A DNA stretch of 64,000 nt. Origin: Gemmatimonadota bacterium (GTDB taxonomy: Bacteria > Gemmatimonadota > Gemmatimonadetes > Gemmatimonadales > GWC2-71-9). The stretch spans positions 1-64,000 of the forward strand of contig JAZDCY010000098.1 in NCBI GenBank assembly GCA_036679645.1, in the 5' to 3' direction. Shown here piece after piece: positions 35,590 through 47,739 of the stretch (positions within the stretch are counted from its first letter, which is position 1; every line of letters starts with the position of its first letter). Below the pieces are notes generated by a model. That model saw nothing but the letters and a program-made list of their open reading frames with translations, ran no database searches and was not told the DNA's origin. The translations under genes were made by a program, and so were the position numbers.

Positions 35590-38500
35590 CATCGAGAGCA
35601 TCCTGCTGATAGGCTCGGGGCCCATCGTCATCGGCCAGGGTGCGGAATTCGACTATTCGGGCACGCAGGCGGTCAGGGCGCTGCGCGAAGAGGGGTACCG
35701 GGTGATCCTGGTCAACTCGAATCCCGCGACGATCATGACCGACCCCGAGATGGCAGACCGGACGTACATCGAGCCCGTGACGCCGCAGTGGGTCACTAAG
35801 GTGATCGACCGCGAGCAGCCGGACGCGCTCCTGCCCACCATGGGCGGTCAGACTGCGCTGAACGTCGCCATCAGCCTGGCAGACGACGGGACCTTGGACA
35901 AATACGGGATCGAATTGATCGGGGCCGACGCGCGCGCCATTCGCATGGCCGAAGATCGCAAGGCCTTTGCGGAGGCAATGGAGCGGATCGGGCTGGCGGT
36001 CCCGCCCGGTGCGCTGGTTGCCAGTTTTGACGAGGCGGTGGCTGCCGCAGAGGTCACGGGGTTTCCGGCAATCATCCGACCCTCTTTCACGTTGGGAGGG
36101 ACTGGCGGAGGTGTCGCGTACAACCGGAAGGAGTTCGAGCAGGTTGTTCGTCGAGCGCTGGATCTCTCACCCGTTGGAACGACACTCGTCGAGCAGTCGG
36201 TACTCGGCTGGAAGGAGTTCGAGCTCGAGGTAATGCGCGACCAACGGGATAATGTCGTGATCGTTTGCTCGATCGAGAACATCGATCCCATGGGCGTGCA
36301 TACAGGCGACTCGATCACCGTTGCGCCCGCCATGACGCTGACGGACCGCGAGTACCAGACCATGCGGGATTCAGCCATTGCCATTATCCGTGAAGTGGGC
36401 GTGGCGGCCGGCGGCTGTAACATTCAATTCGCCGTTCATCCCGAGACCGGAGAGCAGGTGGTCATCGAGATGAACCCCCGCGTGTCCCGCTCATCGGCAC
36501 TCGCATCAAAGGCGACCGGATTTCCCATAGCCCGCATAGGCGCCAAGCTGGCGGTCGGGTTCACGCTCGACGAACTACCCAACGACATCACGCGCACCAC
36601 GCCGGCGTCCTTCGAACCGGTGTTGGACTACGTGGTGGTGAAGTGTCCGCGCTTCGCCTTTGAGAAATTCCCGACGGCCGATGTCGAACTCACAACACAG
36701 ATGAAGTCCGTTGGGGAGTCCATGGCGATTGGGCGGACCTTCAAGGAAGCCTTTCAGAAAGGCCTGCGCGCTCTCGAAATCGACCGACCCGGTTGGACGA
36801 CGGCCGCCAATCCCGAGGACGACAGGTTGGAATCGGGCGATGCGGATGATCTGCGTGCCGCCCTGCGACACCCCACACCCGAGCGGATCTTCCAGGTGAA
36901 GCGGGCACTGCTCGCCGGCTTCCAGGTCGAGGAAATCGCGGCGCTCACTGCGATCGATCCGTGGTTCCTAGGGCAACTGGCGGAGCTAGTCGAGGCAGAA
37001 CGAGACTTTGCGGAAGCGCCGGCGATCGACCGGGACACGCTGCGCGGGATGAAACGCGTTGGGTTCTCCGACGCACAATTGGCCGACTTGCGAGGAACGA
37101 CGGAAGACGACATCCGCGCTCAGCGCTGGGAGCTGGGTCTCCACCCCAGCTTCAAGATGGTCGACACGTGCGCCGGTGAGTTTCCCTCAGCAACCCCGTA
37201 TCTCTATTCGTCCTACGACGAGGAGAGCGAGTCGGAGCCGCTGGGTGCGGAGGGGGTCGTCATTCTCGGGAGCGGCCCAAACCGCATTGGGCAGGGTGTG
37301 GAGTTCGACTACTGCTGCGTGCGTGCGGGTCTCGCACTGCGCGAACTCGGGTTCCACACGATCATGATCAACTCGAATCCCGAGACCGTTTCTACCGACT
37401 TCGATATCTCCGACAAGCTGTACTTCGAGCCACTGACGTTCGAGGACGTGTTGGAGATCATCAGACTGGAGCGACCGAAGGGTGTTGTCGTTCAACTGGG
37501 CGGCCAAACTCCGCTGAAGCTCGCCAAAGGGCTCGAGGATGCCGGCGTGCCGATCCTGGGAACATCTCCCGAGGCCATCGATCTGGCCGAGGACCGCCAG
37601 CGCTTTGACGAACTCTCCCGTGAGCTCGGCGTACGGCAGCCACCCAACGGGACCGCGCGAGATGTGGCAGCAGCGGTGGAAATTGCCGACCGGGTGGGGT
37701 ACCCGGTGCTGGTGCGCCCCTCGTACGTTCTGGGTGGTCGTGCAATGGAGATCGTGTACGACGAGCCATCGCTGAGACGGTTCTTCGAGAAGGCTGTCCG
37801 CGTGGCGCCGGACCACCCGGTGCTGATAGACCGTTTTCTCGAGGATGCGTTCGAGGCCGACGTCGACGCAATTGCCGACGGTACGCGGTGCGTCATTGGT
37901 GGCGTCATGCAGCACATCGAAGACGCGGGCATTCATTCCGGCGATTCGGCCTGTGTGCTTCCACCGTACCTCATTGGCGACGATGCGGTTCGGGCCATGC
38001 GCGAGTACACCAAGGGTTACGCAAAGGCCCTGGGTGTGGTTGGGCTGATCAACGTGCAGTACGCCGTAAAGGACGACGTGGTCTACGTGCTGGAGGTGAA
38101 TCCCCGTGCCTCGCGTACCATCCCGTTTGTCAGCAAGGCGACGGGCGTACCGCTGGCCAAACTGGCCGCCGGTGTGATGGTGGGCCGGACTCTGGACGAG
38201 CTCGGCGTTCCGGACGAGATCCACGTGTCGAACGTCTCCGTCAAGGAGGCGGTATTCCCCTTCAACAAGCTCCCGAACGCGGCGATCGAGCTGGGGCCGG
38301 AGATGCGGTCGACGGGCGAGGTCATGGGAATCGCTGACAGCTTCGGGATGGCCTTTGCCAAAGCGCAGATCGCCGCCGAGGGGTCGTTGCCGCTCAAAGG
38401 CACGGTCTTCGTTACCGTGAACGACCCCGACAAACCGACCGTACTTCCCATCATGCGCCGGTTCCACGAGATGGGGTTCAGCATCTGTGCAACCGAGGGA

Positions 38501-38854
38501 ACCGCCCGCTACCTCAAGACGCGCGGCGTGCCCGCCGAGACCGTTCTCAAGGCGCACGAGGGTCGGCCTAACGGATTGGATCTCATCGCGTCAGGTAGGG
38601 TCGATTTGCTGATCAATACCCCACTTGGCAAGCTGACCCAGCGAGATGACTATCTGCTTCGGAGAACGGCGCTACAACATCGTCTTCCGTACGTGACCAC
38701 CATGTCCGCGGCCAGCGCCGCGTGCGACGCTGTACTGGCGCTCAAGAGCCGTGATGGCAGAGTATGCTGTCTCCAGGAATGGTATGAGATCGCCGGCGTT
38801 GGCCGGCGCTGGTTCTCGGAAGGCGGTGTGGCCGCGAGCACGCCGTCCACGTGA
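35573..38854 (+). CDS. carB: Carbamoyl-phosphate synthase large subunit
   Basis: [26 protein letters not shown]; two ATP-grasp domains and an MGS domain. Confidence 0.98.
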   Translation: MPKRTDIESILLIGSGPIVIGQGAEFDYSGTQAVRALREEGYRVILVNSNPATIMTDPEMADRTYIEPVTPQWVTKVIDREQPDALLPTMGGQTALNVAISLADDGTLDKYGIELIGADARAIRMAEDRKAFAEAMERIGLAVPPGALVASFDEAVAAAEVTGFPAIIRPSFTLGGTGGGVAYNRKEFEQVVRRALDLSPVGTTLVEQSVLGWKEFELEVMRDQRDNVVIVCSIENIDPMGVHTGDSITVAPAMTLTDREYQTMRDSAIAIIREVGVAAGGCNIQFAVHPETGEQVVIEMNPRVSRSSALASKATGFPIARIGAKLAVGFTLDELPNDITRTTPASFEPVLDYVVVKCPRFAFEKFPTADVELTTQMKSVGESMAIGRTFKEAFQKGLRALEIDRPGWTTAANPEDDRLESGDADDLRAALRHPTPERIFQVKRALLAGFQVEEIAALTAIDPWFLGQLAELVEAERDFAEAPAIDRDTLRGMKRVGFSDAQLADLRGTTEDDIRAQRWELGLHPSFKMVDTCAGEFPSATPYLYSSYDEESESEPLGAEGVVILGSGPNRIGQGVEFDYCCVRAGLALRELGFHTIMINSNPETVSTDFDISDKLYFEPLTFEDVLEIIRLERPKGVVVQLGGQTPLKLAKGLEDAGVPILGTSPEAIDLAEDRQRFDELSRELGVRQPPNGTARDVAAAVEIADRVGYPVLVRPSYVLGGRAMEIVYDEPSLRRFFEKAVRVAPDHPVLIDRFLEDAFEADVDAIADGTRCVIGGVMQHIEDAGIHSGDSACVLPPYLIGDDAVRAMREYTKGYAKALGVVGLINVQYAVKDDVVYVLEVNPRASRTIPFVSKATGVPLAKLAAGVMVGRTLDELGVPDEIHVSNVSVKEAVFPFNKLPNAAIELGPEMRSTGEVMGIADSFGMAFAKAQIAAEGSLPLKGTVFVTVNDPDKPTVLPIMRRFHEMGFSICATEGTARYLKTRGVPAETVLKAHEGRPNGLDLIASGRVDLLINTPLGKLTQRDDYLLRRTALQHRLPYVTTMSAASAACDAVLALKSRDGRVCCLQEWYEIAGVGRRWFSEGGVAASTPST

Positions 38855-39774
38855 TCGAGACATCGTTGCGGGGTCTCGGTGAGCGACTTGCCGGCGAGGT
38901 GTCGTTCGACGTGCCGCTGGCACAGTTCACGACCTACCGCATTGGCGGAAACGCCGCGCTCCTGATCCAACCCTGCACGGCCGCCGACATTGCGCAGGCC
39001 GTGAGCGTCGCGCGCGAGAGTGGCGTGCCTTGGACGGTGTTGGGACTCGGGTCGAACGTGCTCGTGACCGATGCGGGGTTCCCCGGCGTCGTGATCCGTG
39101 TGGCAAACTGCCTCGCCGACATTGAGCCGCGTGAACCCGACGACCCGGTGTGGCGAGTGGGTGCCGGTCTTCCCACGCCGCTTCTGGCGCGGCGCACCGC
39201 CGACGCGGGATTCGCCGGCGTCCATCGACTCATTGGGGTACCCGGGTCGGTTGGGGGCGGCGTATTCATGAACGCCGGCGCCCACGGTCAGGAGTATCGT
39301 CGGGTCGTGCAAGAGGTCGAGGTCGTGACGCAAGAGGGCGTGCTCGAACGTCTCTCGACGGCCGACGTGCCTTGGGCTTACCGCAGCAGCGGACTCAGAG
39401 ACGTGGTGGTCACCGGTACGACACTGGAACTCGTGCCCGGCAATTCACGGCGACTCCGAGTGGAGATTGCCGAGCACTTACGATGGCGGAAAGCCGGAAC
39501 GCCGTTTACCGAACCGTGCTGTGGTTCGGTCTTCCGCAACCCGGCCGGCGACCGGACCGCCGGGCAGCTGATCGACGCCGTCGCTATGAAGGGATTCAGC
39601 GTGGGAGGAGCACAGGTCTCGTCGAAACACGCCAACTACATCGTCAATACTGGTGAGGCGTCGGCTGACGACGTGCTGCGCGTCATCGAAGCCGTGCGGT
39701 CGAAGGTGCTCGAGGAGGCCGGTATCGAACTCGAGTTGGAGGTCCAGATCGTCGGCGCGCACAGTATCGACTAA
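38851..39774 (+). CDS. murB: UDP-N-acetylenolpyruvoylglucosamine reductase
   Basis: TYRIGG, GSNVL, PGSVGG..MNAGA, GSVFRNP and KHAN motifs. Confidence 0.95.
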   Translation: MIETSLRGLGERLAGEVSFDVPLAQFTTYRIGGNAALLIQPCTAADIAQAVSVARESGVPWTVLGLGSNVLVTDAGFPGVVIRVANCLADIEPREPDDPVWRVGAGLPTPLLARRTADAGFAGVHRLIGVPGSVGGGVFMNAGAHGQEYRRVVQEVEVVTQEGVLERLSTADVPWAYRSSGLRDVVVTGTTLELVPGNSRRLRVEIAEHLRWRKAGTPFTEPCCGSVFRNPAGDRTAGQLIDAVAMKGFSVGGAQVSSKHANYIVNTGEASADDVLRVIEAVRSKVLEEAGIELELEVQIVGAHSID

Positions 39775-39788
39775 CTCTGCACCGTGAG

Positions 39789-40361
39789 ATGATGGAAGAC
39801 TACTTCGTACACGAGAGTTCCTTCGTCGATGACGGTGCCCAGGTTGGGGCGGGCACCAAGATCTGGCATTTCTGTCATGTAATGCCCGGCGCGGTGATCG
39901 GCGAGCAGTGCAGCCTTGGCCAGAATGTCGTTGTGATGGCCGGCACGAGGATTGGCAACAACGTGAAAATCCAGAACAACGTCTCCATTTATGAGGGGGT
40001 CGAACTAGAGGACGACGTGTTCTGCGGCCCATCGTGCGTGTTTACCAATGTGATCAACCCGCGTTCCCACGTGGTCCGGCGATCGGAGTTCATGCGGACG
40101 TTGGTCAAGCGCGGGGCATCGATCGGGGCCAATGCGACCGTCGTGTGTGGGACGACCCTTGGCGAGTACGCCTTCGTGGGCGCGGGTGCTGTGGTCACAA
40201 CTGACGTCCAGCCCTACGCGCTGATGGTGGGCGTACCGGCTCGCCGCGTGGGTTGGATGTGTCACTGCGGCGTGAGACTCCGACTGGCGGATCGACGGGC
40301 GACGTGTGAAGCGTGTGGCGCCGGGTACCGCGAAATCGACGGCTCGCTCAGGGCCAATTGA
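39789..40361 (+). CDS. Hexapeptide N-acetyltransferase (WbpD-like)
   Basis: KIWHFCH, KIQNNVSIY and FTNVINPRS motifs. Confidence 0.88.
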   Translation: MMEDYFVHESSFVDDGAQVGAGTKIWHFCHVMPGAVIGEQCSLGQNVVVMAGTRIGNNVKIQNNVSIYEGVELEDDVFCGPSCVFTNVINPRSHVVRRSEFMRTLVKRGASIGANATVVCGTTLGEYAFVGAGAVVTTDVQPYALMVGVPARRVGWMCHCGVRLRLADRRATCEACGAGYREIDGSLRAN

Positions 40362-40413
40362 CCCGCTGCCGGGTACCTGGTTAACCTTTACTGTTTATGC
40401 ACTTACACAATCC

Positions 40414-41526
40414 ATGAGCGTCCCGCTGCTGGACCTGCGCGCCCAGTTCGAAACCGTCCGGGACGAGGTAATGTCCGGACTGCTCGAGGTCGTCGATTCG
40501 CAGCGGTTTATCCTAGGGCCCAAGGTCGTTCAGCTCGAGGAGGCCGTGGCCGCACTGTGTCACGTGGGTCACGGGATCGCGTGCGCGAGTGGAACGGACG
40601 CGCTCTTCCTTTCCTTGAAGGCGTTGATCGAGCCGGGTGACGAGGTCATCACGTCGCCTTTTTCATTCTTTGCGTCAGCCGGCGCGATCTCGAATGCCGG
40701 CGGTCGGCCCGTGTTCGTGGACATCGATCCGGCCACGTTCATCCTCGACATGGACCAGGTCGAGGCGGCACTTACCGAGCGGACGCGGGCCGTCATTCCC
40801 GTGCACCTGTTCGGGCAGATGGCCCCTATGGAACGGTTGGCTGAGATGGCAGCGCACCGTGACCTCGTACTGGTAGAGGATGCCGCGCAGGCCATCGGTG
40901 CCAGGCGCCGCATCGAGGGCGCATGGCGTACCCCGGGCGAGTTGGGCTCCACGGCCGCCTTCTCGTTCTTCCCGAGCAAGAACCTGGGTGGCTGGGGCGA
41001 TGGCGGAATGATCGTGACCCGTGACGAGCCGCTGGCCGCGAGGCTGCGCAGGCTGCGCGCCCACGGCGGCGCAAAGCAGTACCATCACGAAGAGGTGGGA
41101 ACGAACTCGCGACTCGATGCGATCCAGGCCGCGGTGCTGGCGGCGAAGCTGCCGCATCTGGCAAAGTGGAACGCGGCGCGACGAGCCAATGCGGCGTTCT
41201 ATGACGAGGCGCTCGCGGGGTGCGCCGGCGTGACGACGCCGTACGCGGACCCAGCGAACGAGCATACGTATCACCAGTACACTGTTCGCGTGACGCGCCG
41301 CGATGAGCTGTTGGCAAGTCTCGAGGGGCAGGAGATCGGCTGCGCCGTCTACTACCCCACGCCACTCCACGTCCAGCCGTGTTTTTCGTCGCTAGGCTAC
41401 CGTCGTGGTCAGTTCCCGGAAGCCGAACGCGCTGCGTCAGAGGTCATCTCCCTGCCCATATACCCGGAGTTGCCTACCGATGCCCGTGCCCGCGTCGCCC
41501 ATGCGATCGGGAAGTTTGCCGCATGA
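40414..41526 (+). CDS. DegT/DnrJ sugar aminotransferase (WbpE-like)
   Basis: SGTDAL, EDAAQAIG, SFFPSKNLG and NSRLD motifs. Confidence 0.9.
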   Translation: MSVPLLDLRAQFETVRDEVMSGLLEVVDSQRFILGPKVVQLEEAVAALCHVGHGIACASGTDALFLSLKALIEPGDEVITSPFSFFASAGAISNAGGRPVFVDIDPATFILDMDQVEAALTERTRAVIPVHLFGQMAPMERLAEMAAHRDLVLVEDAAQAIGARRRIEGAWRTPGELGSTAAFSFFPSKNLGGWGDGGMIVTRDEPLAARLRRLRAHGGAKQYHHEEVGTNSRLDAIQAAVLAAKLPHLAKWNAARRANAAFYDEALAGCAGVTTPYADPANEHTYHQYTVRVTRRDELLASLEGQEIGCAVYYPTPLHVQPCFSSLGYRRGQFPEAERAASEVISLPIYPELPTDARARVAHAIGKFAA

Positions 41527-42545
41527 GTGCGCTACGCATTGCCGTTTTTGGGGCAGGCCGGTGGGGCCGCAACCACGTACGTGCAGTCGCCGGCCTCGCC
41601 GAGGCCGATCTGCTCGCCGTTTGTGATCCCGACCCGGCCCGGCAGGACGAGGTGAGCCGTCAGTATCCCGGCACTGTTGTGACGAGCGATGCCGCCGCGG
41701 CGCTCGACGGAGCGGAGGCTGTCGTTGTCGCGAGTCCAGCCGCCACGCACGTCGAGCTGGCGGAACTGGCCATCAAGCGTGGGCTCCCGGTGTTGATCGA
41801 GAAGCCGATGGCGCTCTCGGGCGACGCAGCGCGCCGCGTCGCGGACGCCGCTCGGGCAAACGACGTGCAGGTCCTGGTCGGGCACCTGCTGCTCTTTCAC
41901 CCCGCCGTCGAACAGCTGCGCGAGATGGTACAGTCGCAGGAGTTGGGCGACATCTTCTATCTGTACAGCCAGCGCGTGAATCTTGGCGAAGTGCGGCCGG
42001 ACGAGAGTGCATTGTGGAGCTTCGGGCCGCACGATGTGTCGGTCGCGCTCTATCTATTGGGAGAAGCGCCGGTCTCGGTGGCGGCACACGGACGCAGCTA
42101 CCTGCAGCCCGGTATCGAGGACGTCGTCTTTCTAATTCTGGAATTTGCCTCTGGCATCATGGCCCACGTCCAGATGTCGTGGCTGGACCCGCACAAATCC
42201 CGACGGCTCACCGTAGTCGGATCGCGACGGATGGTCATCTTCGACGACATGGAGCCACGCGAGAAACTAAAGGTCTTCGACAAAGGTATCGACCGACCCC
42301 CTGACTACGGGTCGTATGGAGAGAGCCTGTCGGTGCGAGAGGGCGACATCTTCATTCCCCGCGTGCCGAACGTGGAGCCGTTGACCGAAGAGTTGCGACA
42401 TTTCGTTGCTGTAGCGCGGGGCGAGATCGCTCCCCGCGCGGACGTTCAGTCGGGACTGGACGTGGTGGACGTTCTCGAGGCCGCCACCGAATCGCTGCGA
42501 CGCGAGGGGCAGGTCGTTCGGCTCGCGTCACTCACCAACACCTAG
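41523..42545 (+). CDS. Gfo/Idh/MocA oxidoreductase (WbpB-like)
   Basis: GAGRWG, EKPMA and PHD motifs. Confidence 0.85.
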   Translation: MSALRIAVFGAGRWGRNHVRAVAGLAEADLLAVCDPDPARQDEVSRQYPGTVVTSDAAAALDGAEAVVVASPAATHVELAELAIKRGLPVLIEKPMALSGDAARRVADAARANDVQVLVGHLLLFHPAVEQLREMVQSQELGDIFYLYSQRVNLGEVRPDESALWSFGPHDVSVALYLLGEAPVSVAAHGRSYLQPGIEDVVFLILEFASGIMAHVQMSWLDPHKSRRLTVVGSRRMVIFDDMEPREKLKVFDKGIDRPPDYGSYGESLSVREGDIFIPRVPNVEPLTEELRHFVAVARGEIAPRADVQSGLDVVDVLEAATESLRREGQVVRLASLTNT

Positions 42546-42565
42546 ACTCGGATCGCGGAGTCAGT

Positions 42566-43858
42566 GTGACCGACCACGAGAGTGTGTTGCTGCAAAAGGC
42601 CAAGGATCGCACCGCCGTTTTTTGTGTGGTGGGCCTCGGCTATGTGGGCCTACCGCTGGTAGTAGAGCTTGCCGACGCCGGGTATCGCGTCGTGGGCTTT
42701 GACGTCAACGCCGGGGTGGTGGAGCGCGTGAATGCGGGGGACTCGCACATCCAGGATGTGCCGAGTGACCGTCTCGCGCCGCTGGTGCGGGCGGGCCGGA
42801 TCGAGGCCACCGCGGACGAGAAGAAACTGGCGGATGTGGACGTCGTGTCCATATGTGTGCCCACTCCGCTGTCCAAGACCAAGGATCCCGACATCTCGTT
42901 CGTTCTGGCTGCAGCGGAGTCGGTGGAGCACACGGTCCGTCCGGGACAGGTTGTCGTGCTCGAGAGCACGACGTACCCAGGCACGACGCGGGAATTGCTG
43001 TTGCCCCGCATCGAACGCAGAGGACTGTCCGTCGGCAAAGACGCCTTCCTTTCCTTCAGTCCCGAGCGGGTTGACCCCGGGAATCCCACGTGGCAGACGC
43101 GGAACACGCCCAAGATCGTCGGCGGTGTCACCGAAGCGTGTAATCGCGTCGTGCTGGCGCTCTACGGGCCCGCTTTCGAGCAGCTGGTTCCCGTATCGTC
43201 ACCCGAGGCGGCTGAACTCGTGAAGCTCCTCGAGAACACGTTCCGCAGCGTGAACATCGGGCTTGCGAATGAGATGGCGATCGTGTGCGACAAGCTGGGT
43301 GTCGATGTCTGGGAGGTCATCGATGCAGCCGCGACCAAACCGTTCGGCTTCATGAAATTCACCCCCGGCCCCGGGTTGGGTGGGCACTGCATTCCCATCG
43401 ATCCCCATTACCTCGCGTGGAAGATGCGCGGACTGAACTACAAGACGCGGTTCATCGAGGTCGCCGGAGAGGTGAATTCGGAGATGCCGCACTTTTGGGT
43501 GCGGCAGGTATCTGAGCAATTGAACGAAGATGCGAAGTCGGTGCGCGGGTCGAAGATTCTGGTGATCGGCGCCGCGTACAAAAAGGACATCGCCGACGTA
43601 CGGGAGAGTCCCGCGCTGGACATCATCCGCCTCCTCCGGCAACAGGGAGCCAACGTTCGCTATCATGACCCGTTCGTCCCCGAACTCCGCGAGGAGGGCG
43701 ACGTACTTCGGTCACAAGAGCTGACCGGAAAACTCCTGGGCGACGTGGACTGCATCGTGATCGCCACGGACCACTCATCCGTCGACTACGGGTTGATCGC
43801 AGATGCCGCGACGCGTGTCGTCGACACGCGGAATGCGATGAGGAACCACGGCGTATGA
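42566..43858 (+). CDS. UDP-N-acetylhexosamine 6-dehydrogenase (WbpA/WecC-like)
   Basis: GLGYVGLP, CVPTP, ESTTYPG, KLLENTFR and GGHCIPIDP motifs. Confidence 0.92.
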   Translation: MTDHESVLLQKAKDRTAVFCVVGLGYVGLPLVVELADAGYRVVGFDVNAGVVERVNAGDSHIQDVPSDRLAPLVRAGRIEATADEKKLADVDVVSICVPTPLSKTKDPDISFVLAAAESVEHTVRPGQVVVLESTTYPGTTRELLLPRIERRGLSVGKDAFLSFSPERVDPGNPTWQTRNTPKIVGGVTEACNRVVLALYGPAFEQLVPVSSPEAAELVKLLENTFRSVNIGLANEMAIVCDKLGVDVWEVIDAAATKPFGFMKFTPGPGLGGHCIPIDPHYLAWKMRGLNYKTRFIEVAGEVNSEMPHFWVRQVSEQLNEDAKSVRGSKILVIGAAYKKDIADVRESPALDIIRLLRQQGANVRYHDPFVPELREEGDVLRSQELTGKLLGDVDCIVIATDHSSVDYGLIADAATRVVDTRNAMRNHGV

Positions 43859-45165
43859 GAGTATGCGTCGTGGGAACGGGGTATGTCGGTCTCGTCGTTG
43901 GAGCGTGCCTGGCGGAGACGGGAAACGACGTTGCGTGCGCGGACGTGGACGAGCGGAAGGTTCACGATCTACAGAGTGGGAAGGTTCCCATCTACGAACC
44001 CGGTCTCGAGCCGCTGGTTGAGCGAAACGTAGCAGCGCAGCGGTTGCGTTTTACCACCGACGTGGGCAAGGCGGTCGAAGCGTCGGAGGTTGTGTTCATC
44101 GCGGTCGGGACACCTCCTGATGAGGACGGGTCGGCCGATCTCCAGCACGTGCTCGAGGTCGCGAGCGTCATTGGCGATCACATGAACGACTCCAAGGTCG
44201 TCATCACCAAGTCGACGGTGCCGGTCGGGACGGCACAGAAAGTCCGCGAGACGATCGCCGAGCGAACGGACCAACCGTTCTACGTCTGCTCCAATCCGGA
44301 GTTTCTGAAGGAGGGGGCAGCGATCGACGACTTCATGAAACCCGATCGTGTGATCGTCGGTGTCGATGCGCCCGAGGCGGAGGTGAAACTCCGCGAGCTC
44401 TACGCGCCATTCGTCCGTACAGGTAACCCGCTCATGTTCATGGATATTCCGTCCGCGGAGATGACGAAGTACGCCGCGAACGCCATGCTCGCGACCCGCA
44501 TCTCGTTCATGAACCAGATTGCGGAGTTGTGCGAGGATGTCGGGGCCGACGTTAGCCGCGTGCGTGAAGGTATCGGCAGCGATCCTCGGATCGGGTCGGC
44601 CTTTCTGTTCCCGGGCCCAGGCTACGGAGGGTCATGCTTCCCCAAGGATGTCCGGGCATTGATCCGAACCGCAGCGGAATACGGCGTCGCGATGAACCTG
44701 CTCGAAGCGGTGGAAGCGGTCAACGATCGGCAGAAGCTCCGCCTGTTCCAGAAGGTACGAGACGCTCTTGATGGTAAGCTGCGCGGACGACGGATTGCCG
44801 TGTGGGGACTGGCGTTCAAGGCCAAGACAGACGACATGCGTGAGAGCCCGGCCGTGCCGCTCGTGCGACGACTTCTCGAAAACGGCGTGGCGGTCCGGGC
44901 GCACGATCCGCAGGCAGGCGCGAAGGCGCGGAGCTTGTTTGGGGATCGGGTAACGATTGCCGATAGTGCATACGCCGCGCTCGACGATGCGGATGCCGTG
45001 GTGATCGTGACCGAATGGCTCGAGTATCGTAATCCCGACTTCCGGCGCATGAAAGAGGCCCTAAGACAACCCATCATCGTCGATGGCAGGAATCTCTATG
45101 ATTGCGCAAAGATGCGCGCGCTCGGCTTCAGATACATAGGCGTTGGGCGCCGCGCCGCGCCATGA
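43855..45165 (+). CDS. ugd: UDP-glucose 6-dehydrogenase
   Basis: [22 protein letters not shown] and GGSCFPKD motifs. Confidence 0.94.
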   Translation: MRVCVVGTGYVGLVVGACLAETGNDVACADVDERKVHDLQSGKVPIYEPGLEPLVERNVAAQRLRFTTDVGKAVEASEVVFIAVGTPPDEDGSADLQHVLEVASVIGDHMNDSKVVITKSTVPVGTAQKVRETIAERTDQPFYVCSNPEFLKEGAAIDDFMKPDRVIVGVDAPEAEVKLRELYAPFVRTGNPLMFMDIPSAEMTKYAANAMLATRISFMNQIAELCEDVGADVSRVREGIGSDPRIGSAFLFPGPGYGGSCFPKDVRALIRTAAEYGVAMNLLEAVEAVNDRQKLRLFQKVRDALDGKLRGRRIAVWGLAFKAKTDDMRESPAVPLVRRLLENGVAVRAHDPQAGAKARSLFGDRVTIADSAYAALDDADAVVIVTEWLEYRNPDFRRMKEALRQPIIVDGRNLYDCAKMRALGFRYIGVGRRAAP

Positions 45166-46062
45166 CGATACTCGTTACCGGAGCCGCCGGGTTCCTCGGA
45201 TCACACCTCGTAGACAGGTTTCTCCGCGATGGGCACGAAGTTGTTGCGATGGACAACCTCGTGACGAGTGGGGCGCGGAACCTCGCGCACCTGGACTCGA
45301 ACGGAAACTTCACGTTCGTGCAGCATGGAAGGCATACTGCATTTCGCGTCGCCCGCCAGTCCCATCGACTATCTGAAACTGCCAATCCAGACCCTCAAGG
45401 TGGGGTCGTTGGGGACGCACAATACGCTCGGGCTGGCACTCGCGAAGGGTGCTCGGTACCTCCTTGCGAGTACCTCAGAGGTGTACGGCGATCCGGAGGT
45501 GAATCCCCAGCCCGAGACGTACTGGGGACACGTCAATTCGGTTGGTCCGCGCGGCGTGTACGACGAAGCCAAACGGTTCGCCGAGGCGATGACGATGGCT
45601 TATCACAGGTACCACGGCGTAGACACGCGGATCGTCAGGATCTTCAATACGTACGGCCCGCGCATGCGTCCGAGCGACGGACGGGTCGTGTCCAACTTCA
45701 TCGTGCAGGCGCTTCGAGGTGAGCCGCTCACGGTCTACGGCGACGGGAAGCAGACACGGTCGTTCTGCTACGTGGATGATCTCGTCGACGGCATTGTCCG
45801 GCTCTTCCACAGCAGTCAGGTAGATCCCGTCAACGTTGGCAACCCCGGCGAGTTCACCGTCCTGGAACTCGCGGAGCACGTCACGCGGCTGATCGATACC
45901 GGTTCAAAGGTCGATTTTCACCCGCTGCCCGTCGACGATCCGAAGCAACGGCGACCCGATATCTCGCGGGCCCGAGCACTGCTCGAGTGGGAACCCCATG
46001 TACAGCTGGAAGAGGGACTGCTGGCGACGATCCCTTATTTCCGGAACACCCTCGGTCTGTGA
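45162..46062 (+). pseudogene. UDP-glucuronate decarboxylase (UXS-like), frameshifted by an internal deletion
   Basis: [11 protein letters not shown]...FTFVQH, then a shift near 45326 to [12 protein letters not shown]...STSEVYGDP...YDEAKR...RIFNTYGP. Confidence 0.8.
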
Positions 46063-47039
46063 CGCCGGCTCGCGTCGTCGTCACCGGGGCCGCGGGATTC
46101 ATCGGCAGTCGCCTGTGTGGCCGGCTGCTCACCGAGGGATACGCCGTTGTGGGGATCGACAACTTCGATCCTTTCTACGGTCGCGGGATCAAGGAACGCG
46201 CGTTGACGCCGTTGCTGGGACGGCGGCGGTTCACGTTCCGTGATATCGATGTGCGCGACACGGAGACTGTCCGCGGGGTCATCCGCCCGGACGATGTGAT
46301 TGTGCACCTGGCTGCCCGGCCCGGTGTGCGGCAGAGCCTCGCCAATCCGGCACTGTACGAGCGCATCAACGTGCGAGGCACAGATACGGTGCTCGCGGCG
46401 GCGCGCGACGGTGGAGTGCGGCGCGTTGTGTTTGCGTCGTCGTCTTCCGTATATGGTGACCGAGACATTCCGTTTGTCGAGTCACACACACCGCTCCGTC
46501 CTTGCTCGCCGTATGGCGAGAGCAAACTCTCTGGCGAGCGGCTCTGCCAGCGCGCGTCACGCAGATGGGACACGCGCATTGCCTGCCTGCGCTTCTTTTC
46601 CGTGTACGGTCCCGGGCAGAGACCGGATCAGGCAATTCATCGCTTCGCGCGGCTGCTCGTGGACGGGCAGCAGATCGAGCGGTATGGTGCTGCGGACACG
46701 ATGCGAGACTATACGTACATCGATGATGCAGTGAACGCGGTTCTTGCAGCGATCGTGTGGACGGCTGACGGGCGGGGTATGGAGGTATTCAACGTCGGTT
46801 CAGGGCGAACGGTGGAGCTGCAAGAGGTGCTGGACCGCCTCGAGTGTCTGTTTCACCGGCCTGCAATTGTTCGGCAGCGCCCGGGACACCGGGCAGATGC
46901 CGCATGCACGCTCGCCGATCTCACGAAGAGCCGACGGGTGTTAGGATACGAGCCGGCCGTGTCGTTTGGCCAGGGCCTGGAAGCCTTTCTCCAATGGTTC
47001 GAGGTGGCGTATGGACTTGAGTCCCGCGCAGCTTCTTAA
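46059..47039 (+). CDS. NAD-dependent epimerase (UDP-glucuronate 4-epimerase-like)
   Basis: [24 protein letters not shown] and [13 protein letters not shown] motifs. Confidence 0.85.
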   Translation: MTPARVVVTGAAGFIGSRLCGRLLTEGYAVVGIDNFDPFYGRGIKERALTPLLGRRRFTFRDIDVRDTETVRGVIRPDDVIVHLAARPGVRQSLANPALYERINVRGTDTVLAAARDGGVRRVVFASSSSVYGDRDIPFVESHTPLRPCSPYGESKLSGERLCQRASRRWDTRIACLRFFSVYGPGQRPDQAIHRFARLLVDGQQIERYGAADTMRDYTYIDDAVNAVLAAIVWTADGRGMEVFNVGSGRTVELQEVLDRLECLFHRPAIVRQRPGHRADAACTLADLTKSRRVLGYEPAVSFGQGLEAFLQWFEVAYGLESRAAS

Positions 47040-47736
47040 CAGCGCGAAGGAGCGGTTCGCGCTCCACGACCACTTTGGAGCGGTACATCTGCTCGAGGAG
47101 TTGATCGCGAGCGGCCGTGCATTTGCCGACGCGTACCATCTGTTGGGCCTGTCGTACTTCCTGATCGATCAGCCTGAGCGAGCGTTCGCCGCCCTGGAGG
47201 AGGCGATCCGGATCAACCCCCGCTATGTGGAAGCGCTCGTGCACCGGGGCATCGTGCTGAGCGAGTTGGGGCGTCACGAGGAGGCACAGGAATCCTTCGC
47301 CGAGGCCCGGTCGACCAACCGTCTCGGGGAAAGCGGCATCGCGGTGCATCACGCCGGCAAGCTTGCCAACCAGCACGCCACACTGGGCGAGGCCTATGCC
47401 GAGGCGGGGGCGTACGATCGAGCTGTGGAGCAGTACCGGCAGGCCCTGGCATTGTGTCCCGACTTCCACGACCTGCGGTTCCGCCTCGGCCGTATGCTGA
47501 TGGAGTCGGGTCGCATGCTCGAGGCACGGGAGGTCTTTGCCGAAGTCGCGCAGGCGAGAACCGGTTCCGCCGATGCGAAGGCCGCGGTGGGGCTGGCAAG
47601 CTACCTGTCCGGTGATCCCGATGCGGCGCGCGCCGTTTGGGAGCAGGCCCGGCAGGATCACCCCGGTGACGCGCGGCCGGCTGCGTATCTGGCGATGTTG
47701 GACCGCGCCGCCGCGCAGGATGCGCTTCAGCGATAG
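47011..47736 (+). CDS. Tetratricopeptide repeat protein
   Basis: TPR patterns (AIRINPRYVEA, ALALCPDFHD). Confidence 0.85.
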   Translation: MDLSPAQLLNSAKERFALHDHFGAVHLLEELIASGRAFADAYHLLGLSYFLIDQPERAFAALEEAIRINPRYVEALVHRGIVLSELGRHEEAQESFAEARSTNRLGESGIAVHHAGKLANQHATLGEAYAEAGAYDRAVEQYRQALALCPDFHDLRFRLGRMLMESGRMLEAREVFAEVAQARTGSADAKAAVGLASYLSGDPDAARAVWEQARQDHPGDARPAAYLAMLDRAAAQDALQR

Positions 47737-47739
47737 CGG

